Shown here piece after piece: positions 1-13,105 of a DNA stretch of 64,000 nucleotides. The notes under the pieces were generated by a model that was not told the origin of the DNA, searched no databases, and saw only the letters and a list, made by a program, of their open reading frames with translations. The DNA is from Squalus acanthias (lineage: Eukaryota), in NCBI GenBank assembly GCA_030390025.1, contig JASTWF010000034.1:2790001-2854000 (forward strand), written 5' to 3'. Numbering within the stretch: position 1 is the stretch's first letter; the number at the start of each line of letters is the position of its first letter. A program made the position numbers and the translations under genes.

Positions 1-2758
1 GCAGCAAGAACCAAGTCCGTGGCACTACGAGTGGCTCAAATGCACAGGAGGGGAGTAAGAGTGGGAAAGCAATAGTGATAGGGGATTCTATCGTAAGGGG
101 ATTCTGTGGCCGCAGACGTGACTCCAGGATGGTATGTTGCCTCCCTGGTGCCAGGGTCAAGGAGGTCACTGAACGGTTGCAGGGCATTCTGAAGGGGGAG
201 GGCGAACTGTCAGAGGTCGTGGTTCACGTTGGCACCAACGACATAGTTAGAAAGAGGGATGAGGTCCTGCCACAAGAATTTCGGGAGCTAGGTAGCAGAT
301 TAAAAAGCAGGACCACAAAGGTTGTGATCTCTGTATTACTCCCGGTGCCACTTGCTACTGAGTACGGGAATAGGAGGATAGAGCAGATGAATGCGTGGCT
401 AAAGAGTTGGTGCAGGAGGGAGGGCTTTCGTTTCCTGGATCACTGTGTCTGCTTCTGGGGAAGGTGGGACCTGTACAAGTCGGACGGGTTGCACCTGAAC
501 CGGAACGGGACCAACATCCTTGCGGGGAGATTTGCTAGTACTGTTGTGGGGGGGTGGGGGGGGGGGGTGCGGTTTAAACTAACTTGGCAGGGGGATGGGA
601 TACGGAGTGGAGCTATAGTAGGGGGTGATGCACAGCCAAATATAGAGGAAAAAACAAGTCAGCCTGGAAGGCAGAGCAAATATATAACGGCCCAAAAAGT
701 AAGGCAAGGCTGGTGGGCATTTATTTTAATGCAAGGAGTATTGCGAGTAAGGCAGATGAATTGAAGGTGTTGATGAACACATGGTAGTATGATATTGTTG
801 CTATCACAGAGACATGGTTGAGGGAGGGACAGGACAGGCAGCTCAATATTCCGGGGTGTAGAATATTTAGGCGAGATAGAGGTGGGTGTAAAAGAGGAGG
901 GGGTGTTGCAATATTAATGAAGGAGTCAATTACTGCTGTAAGGAGGGATGATATCTTAGCAGGTTCCTCTAATGAGGCCATATGGGTAGAACTTAAAAAC
1001 AAAAAGTGGGCAAGCACTTTGCTGGGAGTTTACTGCAGGGCCCCAAACAGTCAGGGGGAGATAGAGGACCAGATATATAGGCAAATCTCAGAGAAGTGTC
1101 GAAATAATAGGGTAATCATAGCAGGGGATTTCAAATTCCCCAAAATTAACTGGGATAGTCAGAGTGTGAAAGGCTTAGAGGGTGCAGAATTCTTAAAGTG
1201 CATCCAGGAGAGCGTTTTGACCCAGCATGTAGAATGTCCTACCAGAGAGGGGGCGGTACTGGACCTAATTCTAGGGAATGTAGCCATGCAAGTGGTAGGA
1301 GTGTTAGTAGGGGAGCATTTTGGTGACAGTAACCATAATTCGGTGAGATTTAAGGTAATCGTGGAAAAGGACAAAGATGGACCTGAAATAATGGTTCTAA
1401 ATTGGGGGAAGGCCGATTTTAGCATGATAAGGCAGCATCCGGCCAAAGTGGACTGGGATCAGCTACTTGTAGGAAAATCCACATCAGAGCAGTGGGAGTC
1501 TTTCAGAAAGGAAATAGAGAGAGTACAACACCAACATGTTCCCGTAAAGGTCAAGTTTGGGACCAACAAGCTAAGGGAACCCTGGATGTCAAGGGATATA
1601 CAAGAATGGATTGGGAAAGAAAGAGAGGCTTTTGGCAGATACAAAGGATTAAAAACAGTGGAAGCCCTAGAGGAGTATAGAAAGTGCCGGGGCGTAATTA
1701 AAAAAGATATTAGGAGAGCGAAGAGGGGGCATGAAAAAAAACACTGGCAGGCAAAAAAAAGGGTAATACCAAGGTGTTTTATAAGTATATTAAGTGCAAG
1801 AGGATAACCAGGGAAAGAGTAGGGCCCATTAGGGACCAAAGTGGCAATCTGTGTATAGAGCCAGAAGATGTGGGTGAGGTTTTAAATGAATATTTTGCAT
1901 CTGTGTTCACTATGGAGAAGGACGATGTAGGCATAGAAATCAGGCAAGGCGATTGTGGTATACTTGAACAAATTAGAATTGAGAGGGAGGAGGTATTGTG
2001 GTTTTAGCGGGCATAAAAGTGTATAAATCCCCAGGCCCAGACGAGATGTATCCCAGGCTGCTGTGTGAGGCAAGGGAGGAGATTGCAGGGGCTCTGAAAC
2101 AAATTTTCAGAACCTCTCCGGTCACAGGGGATGTGCCAGATGACTGGAGAACAGCTAACGTAGTACCATTATTCAAGAAGGTTAGTAGGGATAAACCAGA
2201 GAATTAGAGGCCATTGAGCCTAATCTCAGTGGTAGGGAAATTATTGGAAAAAAATTCAGAGGGGCAGTGTTAGTCTACACTTGAAGAGGCAAGGATTGAT
2301 CAAGGATAGTCAGCATGGCTTTGGAAGGGGGAGATCAGTTCTAAGCAATTTGATAGAAGTGACTAGGTTTCTGGATGAGGGTAGTGCAGTTGATGTAGTC
2401 TACATGAACTTTAGTAACGCTTTTGACAACGTCCCACATGGGAGACTGGTCAAGAAGGTAAGAGCCCATGGGATCCAGGGCAATTTGACAGATTGGATCC
2501 AAAATTGGTTTATTTGCAGGAGGCAGAGTGTGATGGTCGAAGGTTGTTTTTGTGACTTGATGCCTGGGTCCAGTGGTATACCGCAGTGATCGGTGCTGGG
2601 ACCTTTGCTGTTTGTAGTGTACATTAATGATTCAGATATGAATGTAGGAGGCATGATCATCAAGTTCGCAGATGACATGAAAATTGGTGGAGTGGTAAAT
2701 AGCGAAGACGAAAGCCTCAGGCTACAGGACGATATAAACGGTTTGGTTAGATGGGCAG
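1..2758 (+). mobile_element. CR1 LINE, degenerate: ORF1 SGNH esterase domain, ORF2 APE endonuclease and RT N-terminal part; continues at 5541-6130
   Basis: GDSIVR...HVGTND...DGLHL (ORF1); ITETW, GDF, LDLIL, SNHN (endonuclease); KSPGPD, QHGF, FADD (RT); several stops and frameshifts. Confidence 0.93.
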
Positions 2759-3290
2759 AACATAGAAACATCGAAGATAGGACCAGGAGTAGTCCATTCG
2801 GCCCCTCGAGCCTGCCCCGATATTCAATGCGATCATGGCTGATCATTCAACTTCAGTACCCTGTCCCTGCTTTCTCCCCATATCCTTTGATCCACTCAGC
2901 CTTAATAAATATATCTAACTCCTTCTTGATAGATTTAATAAATTGGCATCAACTGCCTTTTGTGGTAGAGAATTTCACAGTTTCACCACTCTCTGGGTGA
3001 AGAAATTCCTCCTCATCTCAGTCCTAAATGGCTTACCCATTATCCTTAGACTGTGACCCCTGGTTCTGGAGTCTCCCGCCAACCGGAACAGCCATCCTAC
3101 ATATAGTCTGTCTATTGCTGTTAGAATTTTATATGTTTCAATGAGATCCCCTCTCATTCTTCTAAACTCTAGCGAATATAAACCTAATCGAAACAATCTC
3201 TCGTCATACGTCATTCCTGCCATCCCAGGTATCAGTTTGGTGAATCTTCGCTGCATTCCCTTCATGGCAAGAACATCCTTCCTCAGATAA
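2759..3290 (-). mobile_element. CR1 3' end on minus strand; same element continues at 4741-5540
   Basis: Reverse-complement (CTATGTTT)-type tail at 2759; LYSLEFRRMRGDL and RTRGHSL motifs; breaks at cagataa. Confidence 0.9.
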
Positions 3291-4740
3291 CCCCTCTTTT
3301 TAAAAAAGGAGGGAGGGAGAAAGCAGGGAATTATAGACCGGTCAGCCTGACATCGGTCGTGGGTAAAATGATGGAAGCAATTATTAAAGATTTCATAACA
3401 GACCATTTGGAAAGTGGCGACATGATAGGTCCAAGTCAGCATGGATTTGTGAAAGGGAAATCATGCTTGACAAATCTTCTGGAATTTTTTGAGGATGTTT
3501 CCAATAGGGTGGACAGGGGGGAACCAGTAGATGTGGTGTATTTGGACTTTCAGAAGGCCTTCGACAAGGTCCCACACAAGAGATTGGTGAGCAAAGTTAA
3601 AGCACATGGGATTGGGGGTAATGTGTTGACGTGGATTGAGAACTGGTTGGCACACAGGAAACAAAGAGTAGGAGTAAATGGGTACTTTTCAGAATGGCAG
3701 GCAGTGACCAGAGGGGTACCGCAGGGTTCGGTGCTGGGACCCCAGCTGTTTACATTATATATTAATGATTTGGACGAAGGGATTAAATGTAATATCTCCA
3801 AATTTGCGGATGACACTAAATTGGGAGGCAGTGTGAACAATGAGGAGGATGCTAGGAGGCTACAGAGTGACTTGGACAGGTTGGGTGAATGGGCAAATGT
3901 ATGTCAGATGAAGTACAATGTGGATAAATGTGAGGTTATCCACTTTGGTGGTAAAAATAGAGAGGCGGACTATTACCTGAATGGTGGCAGATTAGGGAAA
4001 GGGGAGGTGCAACGAGACCTGGGCGTCATGGTACATCAGTCACTGAAGGTGGGAATGCAAGTGCAGCAGGCAGTCAAGAAAGCAAACGGAATGATGTCCT
4101 TCATATTAAGGGGATTTGAGTACAGGAGTAGGGAGGTGATGCTGCAGTTGTACAGGGCCTTGGTGAGGCCACACCTGGAGTATTGTGCGCAGTTTTGGTC
4201 TCCTAACTTAAGGAAGGACATTCTTGCTATTGAGGGAGTGCAGCGAAGGTTCACTAGATTGATTCCTGGGATGGCCGGGCTGACATATCAAGAAAGATTG
4301 GGTCAACTGAACTTGTATCCTCTGGAGTTCAGAAGAATGAGGGGGAATCTTATAGAGACATTTAAAATCCTGACTGGTTTAGACAAATTAGATGCGGGCA
4401 GAATGTTCCCAATGTTAGGGAAAACTAGAACCAGGGGTCACAGTTTAAGGATTAAGGGGAAGCCATTTAAGACTGAACTGAGGAGGAACTTCTTCACCCA
4501 GAGAGTGGTGAATCTATGGAATTCTCTACCACAGAAGGTTGTTGAGGCCAGTTCGCTAAATATATTCAAAAGGGAGTGAGATGTAACACTCACAACTAGG
4601 GGGATCAATGGGTATGGCGAGAAAGCAGGAATGGGGTACTGAGGTAGCATGTTCAGCCATGAACGCATTGAATGGCGGTGCAGGCTCGAAGGACCGAATG
4701 GTCTACTCCTGTTCCTATTTTCTATGTTTCTATGTTTCTA
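3291..4740 (+). mobile_element. Young 5'-truncated CR1 (RT plus C-terminal domain) inserted inside the minus-strand CR1
   Basis: 406-aa open ORF with QHGF, YLDFQKAFDKVPH, GVPQGSVLGP, FADD; tail ctatgtttctatgtttcta. Confidence 0.95.
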
Positions 4741-5540
4741 AGGCGACCAAAACTGCACACAATACTCAAGGTGTGTTCTCAGCAAGGTCCTGTACAACTG
4801 CAGTAAGCCATCCTTGCTCTTGTACTCGAATCCTCTCGCTATGAAGGCCAACTTAGCATTTGCCTTCTTAACCGCCTGCTGCACCTGCATGCTTACCTTC
4901 AGCGACTGGTGCACAAGGACACCCAGGTCACGTTGCACTTCCCCTTTTCCTAATCTATTGTCGTTCAGATAATAATCTGCCTTCCTGTTTTTGCCACCAA
5001 AGTGGAAAACCTCGCATTTATCCACATTATACTGCATCTGCCATGCATCTGACCAATCACCCAACCTGTGCAAATCATACTGGAGTTTCTCTGCATCCTC
5101 CTCACAGTACACACGCCCACCCAGCTTTGTGTCGTCTGCAAGCTAGGAGATATTACATCTAGTTCCCTCATCTAGATCATTAATATATATTGTGAATAAC
5201 TGGGGTCCTAGCACCGATCCCTGCAGTCGCCCACTAGTCACTGCCTGTCACTCGGAAAAAGACCCGTTTATTCCAAAACTTTGCTTCCTGTCTGCCAACC
5301 AGTTTTCTATCCATGTCAGGACCTTATCCCTAATCCCATGTGCTTTAACTTTGCACGCTAATCTCTTATGCGGGACCTTATCGAAATTCTTCTGAAAGTC
5401 CAAATACACCACATCCACTGGTTCTCCGTTATTTATTCTACCAGTTACATCCTCAAAAAATTCCACTCGATTAGTCAAGCATGAATTAGCTACCCTCCAA
5501 TCCATGGGAACTGTTCCAGAGTCTATAGAATTTTGGAAGA
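4741..5540 (-). mobile_element. Remainder of the minus-strand CR1 interrupted at 3290
   Basis: cagataa (3284-3290) joins ggcgaccaaaac (4742), as in the uninterrupted copy near 53437-53452; internal deletion near 5487. Confidence 0.9.
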
Positions 5541-6130
5541 CAGGTAAAATAAGCTGGTTAAAAAGGCATATGGGATACTTGCCTTCATTAGCCGAGGCAT
5601 AGAATATAAGAGCAGGGAGGTTGTGTTGGAGATGTACAAAATGCTAGTTAGGCCACAGCTGGAATACGGTGTGCAGTCCTGGTCGCCACACTATAGGAAG
5701 GATGTGATTGCATTGGAGATGGTGCAGAGGAGATTCACCAGGATGTTACCTGGGCTGGAGCGCTTCAGTTATGAAGAGAGACTGGACAGTCTGGGGTTGT
5801 TTTCCTTAGAGCAGAGAAGGCTGAAGGGGGAGCTGATTCAGGCGTAAAAGATTATGAGGGGCATAGATAGGTTAGATAGAAAGGAATGTTCCCCTTAATA
5901 GAGGGGTCAATCACCAGGGCACATAGTTTCAAGGTAAGGGGCAGGAGGTTTAGAGGGGATTTGAGGAAAAACGTTTTCACCCAGAGTGTGGTTGCAATCT
6001 GGAACTCACTGCCTGAAAGGGTGGTAGAGGCAGGAACCATCACAGAATTCAAGAAGCATTTAAATGAGCACTTGAAACGCTATAGCATACAAGGCTACGG
6101 ACCAAGTGCTGGAAAATGGGATTAGAATAG
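5541..6130 (+). mobile_element. 3' portion of the first CR1
   Basis: LVRPQLEYGVQSWSPH, FSLEQRRL, WNSLPERVV, GYGPSAGKWD. Confidence 0.85.
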
Positions 6131-6132
6131 AC

Positions 6133-8860
6133 AGGGTATTGCGTCCAATTTTGAGCACCATACTTTCGCAAGCATGTCAACGAATAGAGAAGGTGTAGAG
6201 GAGATTTACCAGAATGGTACCAGGGATCTGGAACTTCAATTACGTGTAGAGTCAGGAGAAGCGGGGATTGTTCTTTTTAGAGCAGCGAAGGTTAAGAATC
6301 ACAGAATCGCAGAATCATACAAATTTACGGCACAGTAGGAGGCCATTTGGCCCATTGTATCTGCGCCGGTCGAAATAGAGCTATCCAGCTTAATCCCACT
6401 TTCCAGCTCTTGGTCCGTAGCCCTGTAGGTTATGGCAATTCAAGTGCATATCCATGTACGTTTAAAACGTGATGAGGGTTTCTGCCTCTACCACCCTTTC
6501 AGGCCTTGAGTTTCAGACCCGCACCGCCCTCTGGGTGAAACAAATTCTCCTCATCTCCCGTCTAATCCTTCTACCAATTACTTTAAATCTATGCTCCTTG
6601 GTTATTGACCTCTCTGCCAGGGGAAATAGGTGCTTGTTATCCACTCTATCTAGGCCCCTCATAATTTTATACACCTCAATTAAATCTCCCCTCAGCCTCC
6701 TCTGTTCCAAAGTAAAGAACCCCAGACTATTCTCCAGTCTTGGTAACATCCACGTAAATCTCCTCTATAATGTCTCAAATGCAATCACATCTTTCCTGTA
6801 ATTTTTTGACCAAAATTGTACGAAGTATTCTAGCTGTGGCCTAATTGGTGTTTTATACAGTTCTAGCATAAACTCCCTGCTTTTATATTCTATGCTTCGA
6901 CTAATAAAGCAATGTATCCCACATGCCTTTTTAACTACCCTATCTACATGCCCTGATAGTTTTAGAGATATGTGGAAATGTACTCCAAGGTCCCTCTGTT
7001 CCACTGCATTTCTCAGTATCCTACGATTTATTGCGTTTTCCCTTTGTTTTTGGCCCGCCACAAATGCATTACCTCACACTTCTCCGAATTAAAGTCCATT
7101 TGCCACTGTTCTGCCCACCGGACCAGTCCATTGATATATTATTGCAGTCTACAGCTGTCTTCCTCACTATCAACACATGGCCAATTTTTGTATCATTGCA
7201 AACTTCTTCATCATTTCCCCAACACTGAAGTCTAAATCATTGATATATACCACAAATAGCAGGGGACATAGTACTGAGCCCTGTGGAACCCCACTGGAAA
7301 CAACCTTCCATTCACAAAAACACCCGTTGACCATTACGACCTTTGCTTCCTGCCACTGAGCCAATTTTGGATCCAACTTGCCACTTTCCCATGGATCCAA
7401 TGACCAACCTGTCATGTGGGACCTTGTCAAAGGCCTTACTAATATCTACGTGGACTACATCAATTGCACTCCCCTCATCGACCCTCCTCATTACCTCCTC
7501 AAAAAATTCAATCAAGTTAGTCAGACACGAACTTCCCTTAACATTACCATGCTGACTGTCCTTGATTAATCTGTGCCTTTCTAAATGCCGATTTATACTG
7601 CCCCTCAGAATTTTTCAATATTTTGTTCCACCACCAAGGTTCGACTGACTGCCCTGTAATTACTCGGTCTATCCCTTTCTCCCTTTTTAAACAATGGTAC
7701 AACGATAGCAGTCCTCCAGTCCTCTGGCATCACGCCTGTAACAAGAGAGGATTGGAAAATGATGGTCTGAGCCTCCGCTATTTCCTCCCTTAAAAGCCTG
7801 TGATACATTTCCTCCGAGCCTCGTGATTTATCTAATTTCAAAGATGCTGAACCCATTAATGTTTCCTCTCTCACTATGTTTGTCTCATCTAATATTTCAC
7901 ACTCCTCCTCCTTACCTACAATGTCTGCATCGTCTCACTCTTCTGTGAAGACAGACACAAAGTATTTATTAAGAACCATATCCACGTCTTCCGCCTCTAC
8001 ACACAGATTAACTTTTTGGTCTGTAATAGACCATACTCTTTCCTTAGTTATCCTCTTGCTCTTGATGTATGTATAAAATATGTTTGGGTTTTCCTTGATT
8101 TTACTTGCCAATATTTTTTCATGACATCTCTTTGCTTTCCTAATTTCCTTTTTAATTTCACTCCTGCACTTTCTATACCCCTCTAGGCTTTCTGTAGTAT
8201 TGAGCTCTCGGTATCTGAGAAAAGCTTCCCTTTTTGTTCCCTTATCCTACCCTGTATTCCCCTTGACATCCAGGGAACTCTAGATTTGGAAGTCCCATCC
8301 TTTACCTTTTTGGGAATATATTTGCTCTGAGCCCTCACTGTCTCCTCGTTGAATACTTCCCACGGCTCCGAACTGATTTCCAATTAAGAAGCCGTTACCA
8401 GTCCACTTTTCCTAAATTACATCTCAGCTTAGTAAATTTGGCCGTTCCCAAATTGAAAACTTTTAAAACTGGTCTTTCTTTGTCCTTTTCCATTAGGGGA
8501 GATTTAATATTGATTATCCAGATGGTAATGGGTTTTGATAGAGTAAGTAAGTCTGTTTCCAGAGGCAGAATGTTGGGTAACCAGAGGAAACAAATTTGAA
8601 GTAATTGGCAAAAGAACCAGAGGAGAGATGAGAATTTTCTTTACGCAGTGAGTTGTGATCTAGAATGCACTGACTGAGAACGTGGTGGAAGCAGATTCAA
8701 TAGTAAATTTCGAAAGGGAATGGGGTAATTAGATGAAGGGGAATTTTTATGGGGCTCTGATTAAAGAGTAGGACTGAATTGATAACTCTTTCAAAGAGGC
8801 GGCATGGACACGATGGGCCGAATGCCCTCCGTCTGTGATGTACCGTTCTATGATTCTATG
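6133..8860 (+). mobile_element. Old CR1 3' fragment in two pieces (6133-6296 and 8495-8860)
   Basis: cagcgaaggttaag rejoins gggagatttaat (QRRLRGDL) across the insertion; tail ttctatgattctatg. Confidence 0.8.
6297..8494 (-). mobile_element. Degenerate CR1 ORF2 on minus strand
   Basis: Minus-strand ORF fragments with DISKAFDKVPH, GVPQGSVLCP, RRLRGDL; reverse tail agaatcacagaatc. Confidence 0.9.
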
Positions 8861-8861
8861 A

Positions 8862-8980
8862 GCAAGAGACAGAGAGAGAGAGAAGAGGGAGAGAGAAGAG
8901 GGGGAGAGAGAAAGAAAGGGAGAAAGAGAGAAATAAAAATAGAGACTGAAAGACAGGGAGAGGTACAGAGGGAGAGAAAT
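8862..8980. repeat. AG-rich microsatellite/low complexity
   Basis: (GA)n-rich purine tract. Confidence 0.85.
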
Positions 8981-9067
8981 TAACTTTAAAAGGGGAATTG
9001 GATAAATACCTGAAGGGGAAACATTTGCAGGACAATGGGAAAAGTGCAAGGGAATGGGACTAATTGC

Positions 9068-9560
9068 AGGGGTGAGGCCATGGTGGGATTTGAACATGAG
9101 GAGAAGAATATTTAAATCGAGTGGTTGCCGGATCGGCAGCCAATGTTGGTCAGTGAGCACAGGGGTGATGGGTGAACGGGACATGATATGTGTTAGGATA
9201 TGGGCAGCAGAGTTTTCGATGTGCTCTAGTTTACGGAGGCTTGTTACTGGGAGGCCGGCCAGGACAGCATTGGAATAGTCGACTCTGGGTTTAACAAAGG
9301 CATGGATGAGGGTTTATGCAGCAGAAGGGCTGAGGTGGAGCGGAGATGGGTGAAATTTTGGGGGTGGTGGTCGGCAGGAATGGTGATTGAGAGGATATGA
9401 GTTCGGAACTCAGTTCAGGGACAAAGAGATCGCAGAGGTTGCAAACAGCCTGGTTCAGCCTCAGACATTGACCAGGGAGGGGGACTGAATCGGTAGATAG
9501 AGAATGGAGTTTGTGACGAGGACCGAAGACAATGGCTTCGCTCTTCCCAAGATTTAAATG
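9068..9560 (-). mobile_element. L2-clade LINE ORF2 C-terminal fragment
   Basis: SPITPVLTDQHWLPIRQPLDLNILLLMFKSHHGLTP resembles the L2 HITPVL..LHWLP motif; LNLGKSEAIVFGP upstream. Confidence 0.8.
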
Positions 9561-9803
9561 ACAAAAACAGTAATTCAGTGAAACGTGATTTACAGACCCA
9601 ATATCTGGATATAGAGACTTACTGGGACACCAACAGCAGCAAAGAATGAAGAATAGTAATACAGTTAGCAAAGGTTTGTAGGGTTAATAGCTGGATAGAG
9701 AGGCTTACCAGAACAACAACCGCTGCAAGGAGGGGAGAGTAAATGACACGAACAGTAATACAGTAAAACATGGTTAACAGAATAGCTGGATAGAGAGACT
9801 TAC

Positions 9804-10026
9804 CAGGAACACCAACAGCAGCAAGGAGGGGATAGTAAATGTATTGAATAATCTGAAGTGCCAACTGTATCCGCCAGTCTAATGGTAGCCAATCATAATA
9901 TTCTGAAAGAAATAAAAAATCCAAGCTGAAACTCCTGCTCATTGTTGTAGCATTCCAATCTACTGTTCTCAGATTCTGATCCATTATTGTAACATTCCAA
10001 TCTACTGTTCTCAGATTCTGATCCAT
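9804..10026 (-). CDS. Exon 1 of a GPR139-like class A GPCR (glycosylated N-terminus and start of TM1)
   Basis: ATG at 10026; MDQNLRTVDWNVT...LQIIQYIYYPLLAAVGVP followed by G|GTAAGT donor; 223 nt, so phase 1. Confidence 0.8.
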
Positions 10027-10060
10027 TGTTGTAACGTTCCAATCTACTGTTCTCAGATTC
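9938..10060 (-). repeat. Three 42-bp tandem repeats overlapping the GPCR start
   Basis: NLRTVDWNVTTMDQ / NLRTVDWNVTIMDQ / NLRTVDWNATTMS. Confidence 0.9.
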
Positions 10061-10149
10061 CGACTCCCTCTCTGTGGAGCAGCGCGCTGATCCCTGTTAG
10101 TGCCGGAGGTGATGCTCTCACTGACACTATGGATAACACATTGAAAGGA

Positions 10150-10301
10150 GTCCCTTATTAATAGAAGAGGGAAACCCTGCACTGATACAATCAGAGTCCA
10201 TGGAGACTGACATTAAATACAGACACTGAACAAACATCTTCAGTTAACCCGTGGAGACTGACATTAAATACAGTCACTAAACAAACAGCTCCAGTTAACC
10301 C
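10150..10301 (-). promoter_or_regulatory. Candidate promoter of GPCR exon 1
   Basis: TATA-like CTATTAATAAG on minus strand near 10153-10163; duplicated ~50-bp block at 10201-10250 and 10252-10301. Confidence 0.4.
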
Positions 10302-10344
10302 CTTTCAATCCAACACTTTTTGTACCACAGTAAAGTAGAACATT

Positions 10345-11042
10345 TACCCGGTCCGGATGGGATGTATGAGGATTGCTGAGGGAAGGAATGGTGGAAATAG
10401 CGCAGGCTCTGGCCAGAATATTTCAATCCTCCTCGGATATGGGAGTGCTGCCAGCGGACTGGAGGGTTGCAAATGTTACACCCTGTTTAAAAAAGGAGAG
10501 AGGGATAAACCCTGTAACTGCAGGCCAGTCAGAATAACGTCAGTGGTATGGAAACGTCTAGAGGCCTTATTCACAGAGAAAAGTATCTGTCTTTGGAAAA
10601 AATATGGATTAATAAATGACAACCAGCACGGATATGTTAACGGCAAAGTGTGTCTGACAAACTTGATTAAATTCTTTGATGAAGTAACGGAAATGGTTGA
10701 TGAGGGTAGTGTGGTTGAGGTTGTGTATAGGGACATTAAAATGCATTTCATGAAGTACAATGGAATAGACTTGTTAGGACCAAAGGAACAGTGGCAGTGG
10801 GGATCTGACATTGGCTAAGGGACAGAAAACCGGGAGTAGTGGTGAACGGTTGTTGTTCAGACTGGAGGGAAGTGTACAGTGGTGTCCCCAAATGTCGCTA
10901 TTCGGACAACTGCTCTTTTTGATACATATTAATGATATAGACATATATATATATAGACATGTATATACATGTACATATACACACACACACACAGAGCGGG
11001 ATAAGGTAGGCTTCAGGAGTATATAGACAGACTGGTGAAATG
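10345..11042 (+). mobile_element. Old CR1 RT fragment; resumes briefly at ~12355
   Basis: LFKKGERDKP, QHGY, CLTNLIKFFDEV; DRLVKW frame rejoins gacaaatgg after the insertion. Confidence 0.8.
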
Positions 11043-12354
11043 AGCAAAGTGATGAAAGGTGCCATCGACAGTGCTATTGTGTGGCACTTACTCACTAATA
11101 ACCTTCGCACCGATGCCCAGTTTGAGTTCCGCCAGGACCACTCGGCTCCAGACCTCATTACAGCCTTGGTCCAAACATGGACAAAGGAGCTGAATTTCAG
11201 TGGTGAGGTGAGAGTGACTGCACTTGACATCACGGCAGCATTGGACTGAGTGGGTCATCAAGGAGACCCAGGAAAATTGTGGTCAATAGAAAGCAGGGGG
11301 AAAACTCTCCACTGGCTCAAGTCATACCCGGCACAACGGAAGATGGTTGTGTTTTTGGAGGTCAATCATCACAGCCCCAGGACATCGCTGCATGAGTACA
11401 TCAGGGCAGTGTCCTCGGCCCAACCATCTTCAGCTACGTCATCAATGACCTTCCATCCATCATAAGGTCAGAAATGGGGATGTTCACTGATGACTGCACA
11501 GTGTTCAGCGCCATTCACAACTCCATAGATAATGAAGCAGTCCATGCCCGCATGCAGCAAGACCTGGACGACGTTCAGGCTTGGTCTGATAAGTGGCAGC
11601 AATAACTATCTCCAACAAGAGCCACATCCCCTTGACATTAAATGGGATTAGCATCGCCAAATCCGCCATCATCAATATCCTGTGTGTCACCATTGACCAG
11701 AACCTTAACTGGACCAACCAGATAAATACTGTGGCTGACAGAGAAGGTCAAGGCTGGGTACTCTGCGGCGAGTGTCTCACCTCCTGAGCCCCCAAAGCCT
11801 TTCCACCATCTACACGGCACAAGTCAGGAGTGTGATGGAATACTCTCCACTTGCCTGGATGAATGCAGCTCCAACAACACACAAGAAGCTCGAAATCGTC
11901 CAGGATAAAGCAGCCCACTTGATTGGTACCCCATCCACCACATTAAAAATTCCCTCCCTCCACCAGCGGTGCACCGTGGCTGCAGTGTGTATCATGTACA
12001 AGTTGCACTGCAGCAACTCGCTAAGGCTTCTTCAGCAGCACCGTCCAATCCTGCGGCCTCTACCACCTAGAAGGACAAGGACAGCAGGAGCATGGGAACA
12101 CCACCACCTGTAAGTTTCGCTCCAAGTCACACACCATCCTGACCCGGAAATATATCGTTGTTCCTTCATTGTCGCTGTGTCAAAATCCTGCAACTCCCTC
12201 AGTAACAGCACTGTGGCAGTACCTTCACCTGACGGACTGCAGCTGTTCAAGTCGGCGGCTCACCACCACCTTCTCAAGGGCAATTAGGAATGGGTAATAA
12301 ATGCTGGTCGTGCCAGCGATGGCCACATTCCATAAATGAATAAAAAAGAAAAAA
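11043..12354 (+). mobile_element. Non-LTR retrotransposon of a second CR1/L2-group lineage, 5'-truncated, with A-rich tail
   Basis: DAQFEFRQDHSAPDL, TALDITAALD, IYTAQVRSVMEYSPLAW; ends aatgaataaaaaagaaaaaaa. Confidence 0.8.
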
Positions 12355-12375
12355 AGGACAAATGGAAGGGGAAAT

Positions 12376-13080
12376 TCCATAAATTCCATAGATTCTAGAA
12401 CGGTTCCCGCGGATTGGAATGTCTCAAATCTAACACCACTGTTTTAGAAAGGAGGGAGAGAGAAAACGGGGAACTACAGACCCGTTAACCAGACATCAGT
12501 AGTAGGGAAAATGCTTGAATATATTATTAAGGACGCGGTAACAGGGCACTTAGAAAATTATAATAGGATTGGGCAGAGTCAACACGGATTTATGAAAGGG
12601 AAATTGTGTTTGACAACTCTGTAAGAGTTTTTGGAGATTGTAACGAGCAGAATAGATAAGGGGGAGCCAATAGATGTGGTGGATTTGGATTTTCAGAAGG
12701 TATTCGATAAGGTGTCACACAAGAGGTTATTAAACAAAATTAGGGTTCATGGGATTAGGGGTAATATACTCGCATTGGTTGAGGATTGGTTAACGGACAG
12801 AAAACAGAGAGTTGCAATAAACGCGTCATTTTCGAGTTGGCAGGTTGTAACTATTGGGGTACCGTAAGAATCAGTGATTGGGCATCAGCTATTCACAATC
12901 CGCATCAATGATTTGGATGAGGGGACCAAAAGTAATATATCCAAGTCTGCTGATGATACAAAGCTGGGTGGCAATGTAAGTTGTGAGGACGATGCAAGGA
13001 GGCTTCAATTAGATAAAGACAGGCTAAGTGAGTGGGCAAGAACATTGCAAATGGAATATAACGTGGAGAAATGTGAAGTT
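12376..13080 (+). mobile_element. CR1 RT fragment ending abruptly with no 3' tail
   Basis: DLDFQKVFDKVSH, SADDTKLGG, YNVEKCEV, then unrelated sequence. Confidence 0.88.
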
Positions 13081-13105
13081 GATATCTGGTGATGTCCGCA
13101 GACAC

